64,000 nucleotides of DNA, taken from positions 14,366 through 78,365 of the forward strand of contig VXMP01000061.1 in assembly GCA_009841075.1 (NCBI GenBank), given 5' to 3'. The position numbers were made by a program, and so were the translations under genes. This DNA is from Acidimicrobiia bacterium. GTDB lineage: Bacteria > Actinomycetota > Acidimicrobiia > Spongiisociales > Spongiisociaceae. Every line of letters begins with the position of its first letter. Position 1 is the stretch's first letter. This document shows positions 63,631 through 64,000 of this stretch, in pieces. The notes beneath the pieces are model-generated. The model saw only the letters and a program-made list of their open reading frames with translations, did no database searches and was not told the DNA's origin.

Positions 63631-64000
63631 ATGATAGGACGGGATCGTATAATGAACCAGACAACCGAAGGATATGGGATTCGTCTGACTATCCATAAGA
63701 AGATTGTATTGGAGGTGGTCGGTCGACAAAGATGGAACCCGCACCCGAGGATTACCGTACTACGACGCCGCCATTTCGCCTACGAAGAACGCCTGGCGGT
63801 GGACGGTTTTGTCGCCGATGGACTACTGAACCGTAACTCCGACACAGGGGAACTGTCTTTGACCAAGAGCGGGGAAACCGCACTACTCGCAGACGCCGCC
63901 GACACGGTCATTAACGCCGACACCTACTTCGCCGAACACCTGCTGGCCCGCCGCAGGGCGTTAGACACCCTGATCAATTACGGGGCCGATTCGACTTCTC
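63631..64000 (+). CDS. Hypothetical protein, 5' part (ORF runs off the window end)
   Basis: Own translation: MIGRDRIMNQTTEGYGIRLTIHKKIVLEVVGRQRWNP...ELSLTKSGETALLADAADTVINADTYFAEHLLARRRALDTLINYG with no stop before 64000. Start is ATG 63631 or 63652. Family not recognised. Confidence 0.35.
   Translation, partial: MIGRDRIMNQTTEGYGIRLTIHKKIVLEVVGRQRWNPHPRITVLRRRHFAYEERLAVDGFVADGLLNRNSDTGELSLTKSGETALLADAADTVINADTYFAEHLLARRRALDTLINYGADSTS

Overview
High-GC chromosomal segment that looks Actinomycetota-like. It has SepF and DivIVA but no ftsA, and it carries the ileS / traR-lspA-rluD-dnaE synteny; taxon assignment is by eye only. Almost all of it is densely packed core metabolism and cell-envelope genes. 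On the minus strand: the 5' part of the nuo operon (nuoA-B-C-D, a fused nuoEF, start of nuoG), an ABC exporter, dnaE-rluD-lspA-traR, and a complete dcw cluster. The dcw order is mraZ-rsmH-ftsL-ftsI-murE-mraY-murD-ftsW-murG-murC-murB-ftsQ-ftsZ-pgeF-yggS-sepF-yggT-divIVA, with no murF. Also on the minus strand: FAS-II genes fabD-fabH-fabG-acpP-fabF, a ROK kinase and others. On the plus strand: an aroQ-hydrolase fusion, ileS, fur, an HNH gene, a 924-aa tandem-repeat protein, ilvD, ilvBNC-leuA-leuB, a nitroreductase and a trmH-like gene. There are three small accessory patches. One is a toxin-antitoxin/IS-scar islet (13.9-16.2 kb). One is the compositionally atypical repeat-protein gene (37.2-40.0 kb). 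One is a lower-GC patch after 62.95 kb. The most unusual signal is a family of ~100-nt hairpin-forming intergenic repeats whose termini resemble a Shine-Dalgarno site and its complement. There are three good copies, one degenerate copy and one half copy, and one arm also occurs inside the murC/murB gene junction. Other supported regulatory structures are an ilvB leader peptide with attenuator, an 18-bp perfect stem that buries the rsmH start codon, and candidate mraZ/fur divergent promoters. No rRNA, tRNA or CRISPR array was found.
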